DNA of 63,899 nucleotides, filler included, from Folioceros fuciformis (taxonomy: Eukaryota): assembly GCA_049999805.1 (NCBI GenBank). It is 5 parts of 5 records of this genome, joined end to end, with 100 filler letters (N's around TTAATTAATTAA, not from the genome) between each part and the next. Parts side by side here need not be neighbours in the genome. Positions count along the whole stretch, not along the records: positions 1 to 31,992 come from JBNGIO010004574.1; positions 32,093 to 46,728 come from JBNGIO010004575.1; 3 more parts are not named here. The stretch is one strand, 5' to 3'. How positions within the stretch are numbered: the stretch's first letter is position 1; each line of letters begins with the position of its first letter. Positions 23,680-35,800 of this stretch are shown here, in pieces. Position numbers and translations under genes: made by a program. The notes under the pieces were generated by a model. It saw nothing but the letters and a program-made list of their open reading frames with translations. It did no database searches and had not been told where the DNA came from.

Positions 23680-25806
23680 TTAAATCTCTAGCCTTGAAAA
23701 GTAGCTGGAGTTCCTGATGAGCAAAGGCTCCAGATGAACGTGAGCACCGTTCGTGAAGGGCAAAGATGCATGAGAAGATTCTGAGACGTGCGTCTCCCTT
23801 CGCATATTTGCCCATAGCACTTCTATTGTCCTCAGAAGTGCTGCACTTTGCTGGTGCGGCCCATCTCCTGCCACGAACGTATGCACCTTCTTCTCGAGCT
23901 CAATCCAGCTCTGCCCTCGCTCCTTCCATGCGGTGGCTTGCTTTCTCAGCTGGTCCACTTGGATGGCGCAATCCCACATGCCAGCTTGGGCATAGATGTT
24001 TGACATGAGCACGTAGGCAGAAGCGTGTTGTGGCTGTAGGCGGACTGCACAGTCGAAGGCCTGTCTCCCAAGGGCGACGTTCTTGTGCTTCCGGCAGGCA
24101 CCAAGTAAAGACAACCACATAGCTCCGTCTGGCTGAATGGGCAATCGCAGGAGCAGGTGCAGTGCCTGGGTCAAGAGGCCTGCACGGCCCAACAAGTCGA
24201 TGACGCAGGCATAATGCTCCAGAGCAGGAGGGATGTGATGGTCCTCGCTCATGGATGCAAAAAACTCCAGCCCTGCGTCCACCATGCCCCCATGACTGCA
24301 GGCGGACAGGATGGCAAGGAATGTGATTCCGTCTGGGCTTGTGCCTTGCCGGCGCATCTGATGAAAGGAATGCACGCACATTTCCGGTAATCCTTGACTG
24401 GCATACCCTGCTATCAGTGCGTTCCAGGATACTACATCAGGCTGGGGCAGTGAGTCGAAGACAGCCTGCGCGTCCACCATGCTCCCACATTTGCTGTATG
24501 TGTGAATAAGTGAGTTTGCCAAACTGAGGCTGGTGAATACACAGCTCAGTATACTGCGATGGACCTGACGGCAGGTATGGAGGCTGCCGGTAGTGCTGCA
24601 AGCTCTGAGGACGCACAGATACGTTGATTCCTCTGGTTTGAACGATTCTGCTTGCATCCGAGCATACAGTCCAAGCGCTTTCTCTCCTTGGTCCTGATGA
24701 GCATAGCCTGCAATCATCGCTGTCCATGACACAACATCCCGCTGGGACTGCCCTTCGAACACTAGGTGGGCATCTGAAATGCTCCCACACCTGGAGTACA
24801 TACTCACCAGACTGCTACTTACAAACTTATCCGATGCATAGCCCCGTCGAGCAGATTCAGCATGAACTGCCTTCCCCCTCTGCAGACTCCCTACTTTAAC
24901 AGACTCACCATCCACCGAAGTACTCCCCTCACTTTCTGCAAGGATAACACAAGCCTGCAGCAGAGCCAAACATGTTCGATCGTCCGGGCTTACACCTGCC
25001 TCTTGCATTCGACAATAAAGCTGGAAAACCCTCTCTCCTTCTCCATGTTGAGCATACCCTGCCAGCATCGCATTCCAAGACACTACACTCCGGTGACACA
25101 ATCCGTCAAACACCAGCTGTGCATCCCCGATGCTCCCACACTTTGCATACATATCCACCAGACTGGTGCCTACGTACAAGTCCGTATCACATCTGTGCCT
25201 AATCACGTCAGCATGCATCCGAAGGGCTTGTTCCAGGTCCCCCAAGTTGCCACATGCCTTGAGCAAGCCAAGAAACGTGTGTCTGTTGGGCTGTATCCCT
25301 TCTTCCTCCTGCATCTGCTGGTACGTGCTCAAAGCCTCTCCACATTTTCCTGCCTTGGTATACCCAGCAATTATGGCGGTCCAAGAGTAAACAGTCCTCT
25401 TACCCAGCTTGTGGAAGACCTGGAGCGCATCGTCCAGGGCCCCGCAGCTGACCAGCGTAATGACCACAGATTCACCCAACTCGGAGTGCGAATCGAACCC
25501 ACTTCGCACAAGGTGAGCATGCACTCGCTTAGCCTCCCGAAGGACCGTCTTCCGTCGGCATGCGTGCAACAGGTACCCATATACTTCCACCGAACACGGG
25601 CAACCCTGCATGTCAAAACCATAGAGAACATCTACTGCCCTGTGGAGCAGTCCGGCGTCACATAGTTGTTTCATCCGAGACAGAGATGAGCACAGATCAT
25701 AATCCGGTAAGCAGCTCGAGGCCACAAAACTGCCACCACTGCATCGATTCCTGCCGTTCACCTTGTCAGGAAGTCCAAAGATTGGCTGCAACGTGTTTGA
25801 AGCCAT
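23680..25806 (-). CDS. PLS-class pentatricopeptide repeat protein with E/E+ domain and no intact DYW domain, intronless
   Basis: 708-aa ORF with repeated MY.KCG / VVSWNAM.AGY motifs, EHYAC.IDLLGRAG, AYVLMSNIYA and SWIE...HTFVAGD; no HSE/CxxC deaminase motifs. Confidence 0.95.
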   Translation of the reverse strand: MASNTLQPIFGLPDKVNGRNRCSGGSFVASSCLPDYDLCSSLSRMKQLCDAGLLHRAVDVLYGFDMQGCPCSVEVYGYLLHACRRKTVLREAKRVHAHLVRSGFDSHSELGESVVITLVSCGALDDALQVFHKLGKRTVYSWTAIIAGYTKAGKCGEALSTYQQMQEEEGIQPNRHTFLGLLKACGNLGDLEQALRMHADVIRHRCDTDLYVGTSLVDMYAKCGSIGDAQLVFDGLCHRSVVSWNAMLAGYAQHGEGERVFQLYCRMQEAGVSPDDRTCLALLQACVILAESEGSTSVDGESVKVGSLQRGKAVHAESARRGYASDKFVSSSLVSMYSRCGSISDAHLVFEGQSQRDVVSWTAMIAGYAHQDQGEKALGLYARMQAESFKPEESTYLCVLRACSTTGSLHTCRQVHRSILSCVFTSLSLANSLIHTYSKCGSMVDAQAVFDSLPQPDVVSWNALIAGYASQGLPEMCVHSFHQMRRQGTSPDGITFLAILSACSHGGMVDAGLEFFASMSEDHHIPPALEHYACVIDLLGRAGLLTQALHLLLRLPIQPDGAMWLSLLGACRKHKNVALGRQAFDCAVRLQPQHASAYVLMSNIYAQAGMWDCAIQVDQLRKQATAWKERGQSWIELEKKVHTFVAGDGPHQQSAALLRTIEVLWANMRRETHVSESSHASLPFTNGAHVHLEPLLIRNSSYFSRLEI

Positions 25807-26496
25807 CAGCGAAGTGGTGGGAGTTTCTCTTGTTTCCGGTCATGTCATGTCATGTCTGTTGCGGATCTCATTTTGCAACCACAACCGAAGGACGGTCACA
25901 TACATGGTGCAAAGGGATGCTCCTTGTTCATACCAAACTGGCTCGGTCATATACACAATTCGCACAATTACACAAGCCACCTCGTCAACTCTATCACAGA
26001 ACACAGAGCTCGCCTGCTTCACAAGCACCGTCTCCACAGTTTCACGGAGGAAAAGAATTACACTACCTACCCAATATCGGGGCAATCAGCGGGCCAATAC
26101 ACACACACATGCACTCAGCACGCTCCAACTTGATGCCTTGGTCCAGCAGATGATCCTACAGCAAACACAATCTTCCTTGCTTCAAATCAGAAAATTATTT
26201 GCTGGGGTGCACGGAGTATGCGAAGTCCCCTAGCTCTAACAATACAACTGTACAAATTTGTACAGAAAAACCCTGGACGAAATGAAGTAGCAGTACGGCT
26301 GCTACACAGTGACGAAGCAAGTCCTGTCTTTCAAGATTGTGGAGTGCCACAGGCTGGCTGTTCTGTCCAATTCTTCTGATTCTGAGGTACCAAAGCACAC
26401 CAGTTCCGTTTCCACTTCACATACCACACTTCTACCTATCTCTCTATGTAACACCATGACTAATCTTCACAGAGCCTGGTCAACAGCCCTGGGTCT

Positions 26497-29291
26497 TCAG
26501 GAGGAAGATTGGTGCCCACCCATGCCAATAGATCTCTGCGTGAACTCAAGTAACTGTCTGCGTTGGTGTTCGTTAGTGTGTGGCAAGCAGGCCTTGAGAA
26601 GCTCCACTGGGATCTCCTTGCTCATCGCTGCTGTGGCGCCTGCAGTTGCACTTGCCATGTCACTTGATGCCGACATTACAAGAGTATGAATTATGCTTTC
26701 ATACTTCTTGGTACAATAATTTGTAAGAAGAAGAAAAAACGCATCGAATGCAGCCTGCCAGCCAGCCAACTTCTGTGGCTGATAAGCTGTATTATGATGA
26801 GTCAACAGAATTGTTGCTCGCTCCAGCACTGCACGCACAACCAGAGTGGCCCCATCCCCTGCAGGATTGCCAACAGGGCGAAGTGGGGGATGTTCTGGGG
26901 ATAGGACCAAAGCAGCTAAAAGGGCACTAAGAGGTGAGAGGCTCAAACTGGAGATACACACAGCCACTGCAGTAGCTAATCCAGCATTGACCGAAGTCTC
27001 ATTGATATCTTTCTGAACCCCTCCAAACAAAAAGTTGAGGTTTCGGAAAATGGACATTGTTACCAATGTCACCAGCTCGGTACCAGGAAGTAGAAGGCCC
27101 AAATACTTGGTTACAAGCTTGCGGCCTTTTGTCAACGAAACAAGGCGCAAAAAAGTCAGATTATCCCCAAAACCATCAAAGGGTGCATCCTTCCCATATT
27201 GCCCTTCGTGATTGTTGCTGAGATTCATGAGCACAGCCAGCCCTTCCAGAAGAATCTGACGCCTCCTCCTCAGATAAAGTCCACCGTCAGGAGGCCTCAT
27301 GACAGCAAGAAACCGATCAATATCATCAACATCTAGAAGAAGACAGAGTCCATCTTCCGCAACTATCCTCACAGCTAGCATAGGCTCCTGCTCCAGGGGT
27401 CTTTGAAGAGATAACTTCTTCGTGTCAGCTATGAGTTGATCGATGACTCCTCTGCCACCTTCAATCCCACCATCATCTCCAGACATGATTGGATCCATTT
27501 CCAACAAAGGCCTGGGCCTGCGTATGGAAGGGAATGGGATCCTACCCAGGGCCTTTATTTGAAGGAAGGGATGAGGTTCTATGGGTGGTCGTGTGTGGGA
27601 AGGCTGTTCACGGAGGTTCGATGGCGCAAAGTGACGCCTTCCATGAGGAGTTGCGCCAGAATCAACTTTGGCTTGTACTGCTTGATGGTAGTAATCATCA
27701 ATATATGGGTCACTGCTGTGCGTTGCTGCCCACTGGATCCTTACTATGTTATCTATCTCTTCTGCTGTCATGTACTTGGAGCGATGCTGCTGCCAACCGT
27801 TGTGCTCAAAGGAGTCTTCACCCTGTTCACGGTGCATAATCGGAGTTCTTTCTTGCTGTTGATAGGAATGCCACCCAGGTATCTGAGGTTGCATTGGCCT
27901 GAATTGAGAATCTCCAGTATATGAAGGACCAGGACCCATGGTTTGTTGAGCTGGCGGAGCGAGTACACCTGAACCTTGTTCCGTGTCCTTGCTTGCAGGG
28001 GCACTAGGACGGTATGCTGCATGGAGGCCCTCATGCTGGAGGACAACCTGTGGTGGTACTAATGGCTGCTTCCTAATGACAGGAACATGCCCAGACCAAG
28101 CGGGAGGAGATTGTTGATATTGCAGGTCTCTGACCATGAAAGGTATTACCCCAGGAACACCTCCACCGGGTGGCGGTTGATATGGGAAAATTACCCTTCC
28201 AACACCGGGACCCATCGGATTAGGTTGCCCTTGCATTCCACGTGCATATGCCATCATATTTGGAATCTGAGCATGAGGTCTTCCAGGCTGCTGAAAAATA
28301 GGTTGCCGAACAGAAGGTGCGTTAACCGCTTGATAAGAAACTGGTCCTTGGGATGCAAAACCACGACTCCCCCCCATCCAAGCCTGACCCAAAGAGGGCC
28401 CAGCATACTCAGGAGGGCTTGGAGGTGCAAACGATGAAGGTGCTGACGACGTTACACGCTGATCAGGTCCAGTGAATGAACGATGGCTGTCCATCCATGG
28501 GACTGAAGCTGCTTGCGGCTCATTGATATTTTCCAGCTCTGCACAAGCACTCCTCGGATCAAACAAGCTGAACCAAGAGATTAGGGCCTCTGAAACTTTA
28601 TTGCAAACCAGGGATAATGTTCCACCCCTACTTACTTTCACGAGTATTTGACACTCCACGTCCATCCAAGCTACTTTCCATCTCTGAACCCTTGAGGCTT
28701 CCCTGTACAAGAGGATTATACCAGCACCTTCAACACCACGATTCCGACAGTACGGGCTCCCAGGGGAAAAAAAAAAAAATCCCGGCGACTAAAGCCTACG
28801 AGAACCTCACATCCCTACCTAACAGGCATAGACTTAAATGGCTAAGATAAAAGGACTTAAATGGCTGCAGTAAATCCACTACATCCAGATAAAACACCTC
28901 ATCCCAAACCGAATTACGTGATTGTCCACCATTCCCTGTCAACTGGCACACAAAAAAGCACCAAGCGCAACCATCCACACAACCACAACGAGCATCAGAG
29001 GTGATTACACGAAAAGTTCTCAACAAACCTCATCGTCGCGGCTGGTACTAGAACCAGCGTCCGCTCTCGAACTTTCAAGGCCCTCGCCACCGTCTTCATC
29101 CAAACCACCGAGTTCTAGCTCCTGACTTTCATCTCCCCCGAAAAACGCATACTGAGATGCATCAAATCGTTCATCGGCCCCTACAACCACACCACACACA
29201 AGACTCAATCTTACGGCCATCCACATTCCTCCTGACCCATCAGAGGAACGAGAGAATTGCAACGATAAAAACCACCTCCTGAATGGTCCAT
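26497..29291 (-). CDS. PAT1: PAT1 homolog (mRNA decapping activator), short 5' exons plus one long final exon
   Basis: FDASQYAFFG...ELGGL, RSKYMTAEEI..I...Q.AATHSSDPYIDDYYHQA, RRPRPLLE, PLEQEPML, E.P.ELL.A.LPHTNEHQR. ATG 29291 splices in phase to the exon starting at 29180. Confidence 0.93.
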
Positions 29292-29971
29292 CTTTTCGAG
29301 ACACTCAGCTCCTCCCCTAACAGTCGCTACCAATTAGGGTCAGCTCCACAAGCGCGCGTTCTCCAACTGTGAAGCCTTCAGATCAAGAACTAGGTCATCG
29401 CGCAACCTTCAATTGCCCCATCGACAACCCCTTCCGCAGACGCCCCTGGCGCCTGGCGTCCGGGAAACCTCCAAGGCTCAACCCCTTCTCCACCTGCCAG
29501 GCGCGCGATTCCGCCAACGAATCTGACAGCAAACAGAGCGCCAAGGCATGAAAAGACGGCCTGCTTCTCAGAAACGCAATTGGCGTCACTCACAACCGAT
29601 GCGTCCAGACTCCAGATCGAGCTTCGCCACACCAAGCAGGGGACGCCTTGAATGGCCCAATGGCAACACTGCTCCGATCGTGAAAACCTTAGTATCAGGG
29701 GTTTGTTTCGACTCTAAACCCGATAGATATGTTTACACTGAGTTCCCGGACATGATATTTCCGGGAAAAGATCTTCATAATTTCTCGGATTGGGCCACAA
29801 TGTCCTTATCCTGGACGAATCCGGTGCCCACGTTATACGTGCCTCCAATCTCGTTCCTATGGCTCTGGAAACCAAGAGCATGTATAAGCCGGTTGGTGGC
29901 GGGACATGGCCGATTAGCTTTTCACCGCCTTCGTTCCGAGCTCGCTCGGGCTGGTGTCGTTGGAGGTGGAG

Positions 29972-31172
29972 ATGGCGGCCTGCACCGTGCGCCTTCCCGT
30001 GTCTCCCGTTGCAAGCAGCAGCGGCAGCAGCGGGAGAGGGTCTGCCGAGCCCGCTGGATGCGCGCAATGCCGGCGATGGCACGCTCTTGGAAGGAAAGGC
30101 CATCTCGGGAGGAGGATGGTCATTCAGGCTGGTGCTCCAGCCGCCTCTGGACATGAGTCGTTCGTGGTGCGGGCTGCGAAGCGTGTTTCTTCCGGGCGTA
30201 GCTACGTTCTGAGCTCCACCCTGGCTGCGGAGGAAGGCAACGAGGAGGAAGTGGCGAAATTGTGCAAAGGCATTTTGGAATGGGCCTGGGAGAAGCAAGT
30301 GCGCATCTTGTGTTTTGCTTCAGATTGAACTTTTTCTGTTCATTTGACAGTAGGTGATGGAAGTTTTGTGCTTTGCTGGCTGCAGAAAGACAAAAGCGCC
30401 GGTATCTATGTATTTGAGTGCAACGCTGATCCCTTTGAGAAGAATGTGGTGCATTTTTGGGAGCGGTATGAAAGCTTCACGCACATGAACGACATCAGGG
30501 CTTCCCCTGAACATACCAAGTTCATGACAGATGTAAGCCACACCTAGTCTTGCGCCATTCCAAGCTCAGATGTTTCATGTTTCTTCCTCCCTGACTGACT
30601 GATTGCTCTTTCGCTGATGCCATGTTTATGTTTTTCTTGCAGGTGAGGCCACTTCTAACAGGACCTGTGGGCCTGGCTTGCTACGAGTACAAGGATGGCC
30701 AAATTGGAAACATGTTGAATCCTATTGGTATGCTGTCAAGCGTCTCCTTTCGGTCGGACTCGGTCATTTCCTGGCGATGGCCTTCAACCTAGTTTCTTGT
30801 GTTCAACTTTACAGCAGACACTGTGCTGTGAATGTTGCCACGGATGTTGCTAGACGGTTGGAGCCTGGCCTGGGTATGTGGTCCTTGTACATAACGGTGT
30901 GAGTGATGCGAGTCCTCATACATGTTGTCGTGGTGCACTACGCAGGGCCGAAGGGTGAGGGTGGCCTGGACGATGCGACTGGGCAAGGGGGCAGTGGAGG
31001 AGGAGCAGGATACAAGCAACAGTCAATGACCATCAACATGGGGATTGGTGAATCGGCCGACCGAGAAGAATGGGGTTTGGCCAAGATGCTGGCAAAAGCT
31101 GCGGGCAAGCCTCAGGACGAAACCGAAGGAGGCTGGAACTTGAAGAATATCTTCGGTAACAAAAAAGAGTAA
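29972..31172 (+). CDS. Probably plastid-targeted dimeric alpha-beta barrel (ABM/Dabb-like) protein, 4 exons
   Basis: Spliced ORF YVLSSTL...GIYVFECNADPFEKNVVHFWERYES......ASPEH.KF...V.PLL resembles ABM domains; Gly-rich GPKGEGGLDDATGQGG tail. Confidence 0.65.
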
Positions 31173-31992
31173 CGACATAAAAAATGAATGAAAATCAGTA
31201 CATATGTCTCCTCATCTCGCGGTGGAAGTAAATCTTGTTAGATCATAAAAAAAAAGAGTTCTAGGAAGTAATTCTTGTTTACCAGGATGAAGAGCAACAA
31301 CAGTACAAGATTCTCCTACGTGTAAAGCTAACGCTCTCGCAGAAGCGAGGTTCGCGTGCTGAAGGGATGACATTATCATTCGGAGAGGGAATTCCATCAT
31401 TCCTAATCCTCGTCAATTTTTAATACCTAGTACATGGTTTAACGTAATGGAGTGGAGTGGAGACACCGAACTTGATTGAATGTTCACTGGACTACATAGG
31501 TAGAGTTGGTGCAAATGTGAGGTCAGCATAATGGTTGGAAAACGGTGAATAGCGATGAAGGGATATTGTAAATGAAGTAAGGTGGCAGGAAGCTCGAAGA
31601 CGAGGACGAGGACGAGGACGGGATGCCGGTGCGATGAGGATTTGCTCGCTGCCTCTCCCGCATGCTTCCGCCTGCTTCCCGTCTCCGGTCTCAGCTCCCA
31701 GGCAGATTGGCGCTGACGGGAGCTCGAGCAGGAGCCTGCCGGCACGTCTCGTCCGCAGGGGTTCATGGATTTCGAGTGCTGCGTGTCGCTGTTCGTGGAG
31801 GGGCTTTGGGAGAGGGCCTCTGGGACGGCAAAAGGGTGGGAGGGGCCGTAGGGTTGCGGGCATTCGGAGAGAGAGGACGTGCTGTCAATGCTGCAGGTTC
31901 TTGAAGCCGGGAGATGGAGGATTGCGGCTTGCAAGGTCGGAATTGGGGCTGGGGATGCCTTGCTGGTGCAGGGGAAGTGCGAGGGACAATGC

Positions 31993-32092
31993 NNNNNNNN
32001 NNNNNNNNNNNNNNNNNNNNNNNNNNNNNNNNNNNNTTAATTAATTAANNNNNNNNNNNNNNNNNNNNNNNNNNNNNNNNNNNNNNNNNNNN
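31993..32092. other. Artificial 100-bp scaffold join (N44-TTAATTAATTAA-N44); identical joins at 46729-46828, 54481-54580 and 62213-62312
   Basis: Identical palindromic linker with stop codons in all six frames, centred in N runs. Confidence 0.95.
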
Positions 32093-32845
32093 CAACCAAA
32101 GTTCCAGGGTTAACTTGCACACTCTACTTGACGTTATTAGTTTCGTTACTACGTTTATCCAAATTCATATACGCGACACGCAGTAAAATCAGAACTCTTT
32201 CTCCTGGCTTTTTGTTGTTTTTAGCCCGAGCGATAATAAAGATTCCTTCGTCCTCTACAAACAAGACCGCAGACCAAACAAAGCCGCAGCAACTCAAGAG
32301 AGACCCTTTATATACGCTATGAAGATTATATTAATATAGTATTAGAATATATTTTTAGAGTTTTTTAATTAGATATATTTACTATAAAATCATTAATCTT
32401 AAAAACTATTATTCTATATCCCCTCCCAATAAACTAAAGAAGAGATCTTTCTAAGCAGCATTAAGAACTTTAGGAATATTAAAGAATCTTAGGAACAGAA
32501 AACGAAATATGTCAAAAGGGAAAAAAATCTGTCCAAAGAAAAAAGTTTTGTTTAGAAGCTACCAAGTGAAACACGCAATTCTTGAATTCCTAACAAAGAG
32601 AAATTTTTTCTACAAGGAATTCAGTAATAGTATACTAAATAGGACAATGCATAATCCTTATGTAAGCTAGCATTATTGTCAAAGTATAGAGGGTGACACC
32701 TAAGTGTTGTGATAACTCACACTCTATTTTCTCTTCCATTTAGCATACATTTTGCATTAGATCTTTCATACTCTGTTTGCATTTACATCTAGCAAGACAT
32801 CATCTATACAACCCTCAACCGTTAGCTTTGAGCAATCTCTGACAA

Positions 32846-35800
32846 TCAGCGATTCCCACCAAGTATTCCCTTGACAACTTCACAAATGCGTCTAATTCGC
32901 CACGACCCCGGTTCAACCGCTGTTATTGTCTTAACTATAGAATGTGGGGAGAGAGGGCTTTGGGTCTTCACCCTGCTGTATTCCATGTCTACATCGCATC
33001 TTCCGCTTAGCGATAAACTGCAGACAAGGACGAATATCATTCACACAGAAGACCACGATTGAATCGCGGAGAAGATTTAGACGATTTAAGAGCACTGTGA
33101 ACCGTGCCCATGGTAGATACCTTGATAGATCAAGGTAGAGCTTCACCACGAATCGAATTCCCAAGCCGCACTCAGAGAACTTCAGACGTATCTCGAAACG
33201 ACCAGCTGTGAACTCACCATGAATGAGAATTAGATTTAAGTAGGAATGCAGTCAGGCGGATTGGTCAGGCGTTTGCTGGACTTACCATCGCTTGGGACAA
33301 TTTCCTGATTGGTGAGATACCGAAGGAACCTGAATCGACATTCCTGCAACTCCTCGACCAGTTTAACTAGCTTCCACAAAGTTCGTCCAGTTTTCTACAA
33401 GCATCAAACCTGGGTAAGCGAGTGCCGTCATGAAAACGACCAGCTCAATGCAAGGACTGTAGAGAACACCTGTACGTATTCAGTCACCAGTTTCGAGGTA
33501 TCTAGTACAACATCATCGAAGGGAGGCAGGGCCGCCAAGAAGAATCTAGAAGCTTGCATGTCGGCATAGACCTGCACACAATGCCGAGTTGTCTTATATA
33601 CATGGGCTGCTTTGCATGTTTTGATACGGGGAACGAAGTAGAATGTGTACTTTATCAATGTCGCCTGGGAAATACACGAGGCTTGTGAGTTTAACAAGCT
33701 CTTGTCCTGCCCCGCCGTTGTAAAACCTGCCAAAGTTCATCACACATATGTACTGACGGATTTTGGCTAAAAGACAAGCACTCACCAACTGGAATCCTAT
33801 ACCATGGATCTTGGTCAAAACAATCCTTCTTACCTCTGCGTCACCAAATTGTAATAATTGACCTCTAGCACCTGCCGTGGGTTGTTGGTGACTGACAGAC
33901 TAAATTCCACCCTCTGTACAACGGAAGAAACACGTACGATGACACACTGCACTTGATCCACGAACGTAAACAGAGAAGGGATTGTGACGATGCCTGATGA
34001 AATACCTGTATTTTCTGAAGTAACGCAAGCTTATTCTGAATCAAACGGACATGCTCTGGCCTGACAGTATCCTCCCTACTCAATGGTTGCAACTGCTGCT
34101 GTACTTGGGCAAGTTGCTTTATTGCTTCCTGAAAAGAAGGGTTGTCGATAACAGTCAACAAATCATCAAGGAACTTCCACAAAGGTATCTTCAGACGAAA
34201 AACAGAGCAAAAGATTGTCACCTGGTTAGCGTCCCTTTTCTGAGCCAACAGTGACTCCTTTTGTTTGAGGCCAGCCTCCTCCATCTCAACCTGGATAAGA
34301 AGCTATCAGACTACGTAAGAAGCTCAGGTGCACCACCATGACAACATAGGAACTGCACAACATCGAATATTGGCACCTGCTTTAGAATCTCGCGTGTAGT
34401 CCCTTTCTGGGCAGTTGTGACAGAGAGACCCTCAATCAAATGTCTCAAAGTGAGCCCAGTTTGAGCGATTGTCTCCTGCAAGACCCTAACAAGCCCTTGT
34501 GCCTCCTTTTGAGAGCCCTCAGCATCCTTCCATGTCCGTATCTCTTGCTGAAGTAGATATGACACCAGTGAGCAGCCAGTGAGAGGGAACTTACCACATG
34601 CAAATAGGCACAGAAGATGGAATCTGACCTGCAAACCGGTGATTTTTTCACGCATACTCCTCAAATGATCTCCTGGATCTGCTAGATCTTTCATCGCAGA
34701 TTCCCTGTAGCCACTACATGTGAGCCAGAATCAGGTATGCGCAACACAACTAACCGAGAATCAGTGTACCTGGCAACTTTTTCCAGCTTGTCAAGTTGTG
34801 CATGCAAGTCCTTGTGGCCGGATTTCTGCACCATTCTCAGGTGGTTAGTTTTTGCCCCATTTATTCTAATGGATTATGAGACGTGGTGCAGTCCTGTATC
34901 AAACCGATAAAGGAACTAAGGAGATAGAGCCCAGTTTGCTCAATAGGACTACCTGCAGATGCTGATTAGTGGCAGCTGAAAGCGCAAGAGATTTTGCCTC
35001 AATGGATGACTTCACATTACTCAAGGCTGCAATCAACTGCTTTCTTCGTCCCTCCAGAACTTGCATCTGCGTTCGTGCACGGTAAGGTTCACAGAACACT
35101 GACAATTCTAAATATAAATTTCATTGGCTCAATTGTGTACAGGTGTTACCTGTGGCATGACCTGATAGGAAAACTTCAAGCTCTCAGCAAGAGACAAAGG
35201 TGGCTCGATAAACAGTATGACCCCACTTGACGACGCTCCAAGGCGATGCTGACTCCTGGCAAAACTTCTTTCCTGCAGCACGAGCAGCGGACATAAACCA
35301 TAAGACTGGCACCGTCCATTCAATTCTGCCTCTTTGGTGTCCCCTTGATGGAGACAAGAATTGTTGACTAACTAAGCTGACCTTCACAATCTGGAGAAGC
35401 TGGACTACAGTCGTTTGATGCAACTTGGCGTCGGTGATTAGCTTCTCAGATGATGGATAAGCATCTTCCAGCTGCTTTTCTTCATTGGCAATCTAGAGAG
35501 CAAAGTGCGCCGGTCTCAGAATCTGGAATTCAAATGCACGTGATAGAGGTATGATTCAACGGCTTGTGGCCTCACGTCGGGGTGTATAAGCAGTACAGCA
35601 GATGAGTTACTGGCAAGCTCAGCGGCTACAACCTGTTGCTCACTTGTTGGGGAGGTGGAGGGGAGAACTTCTGTGATGCCTGATACCATGTCACTCCTGG
35701 ACAGTTTCGTTGTTGTTGCAGTTGTGTCCGGCTCACAGATGCCCGTCCTGTTTGTCACCGACGTGGTGGTTGTCTCGTCAGCTCTCAAAAGATCTGACAG

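Noticed and set aside
31200-31992. GC-rich ORFs next to the gap
   Set aside because: Low-complexity, truncated and without motifs; probably repeat-derived but unassignable.
32037-32048. Perfect palindrome TTAATTAATTAA recurring four times in the window
   Set aside because: Always centred in 44+44 N runs; an assembly linker, not biology.
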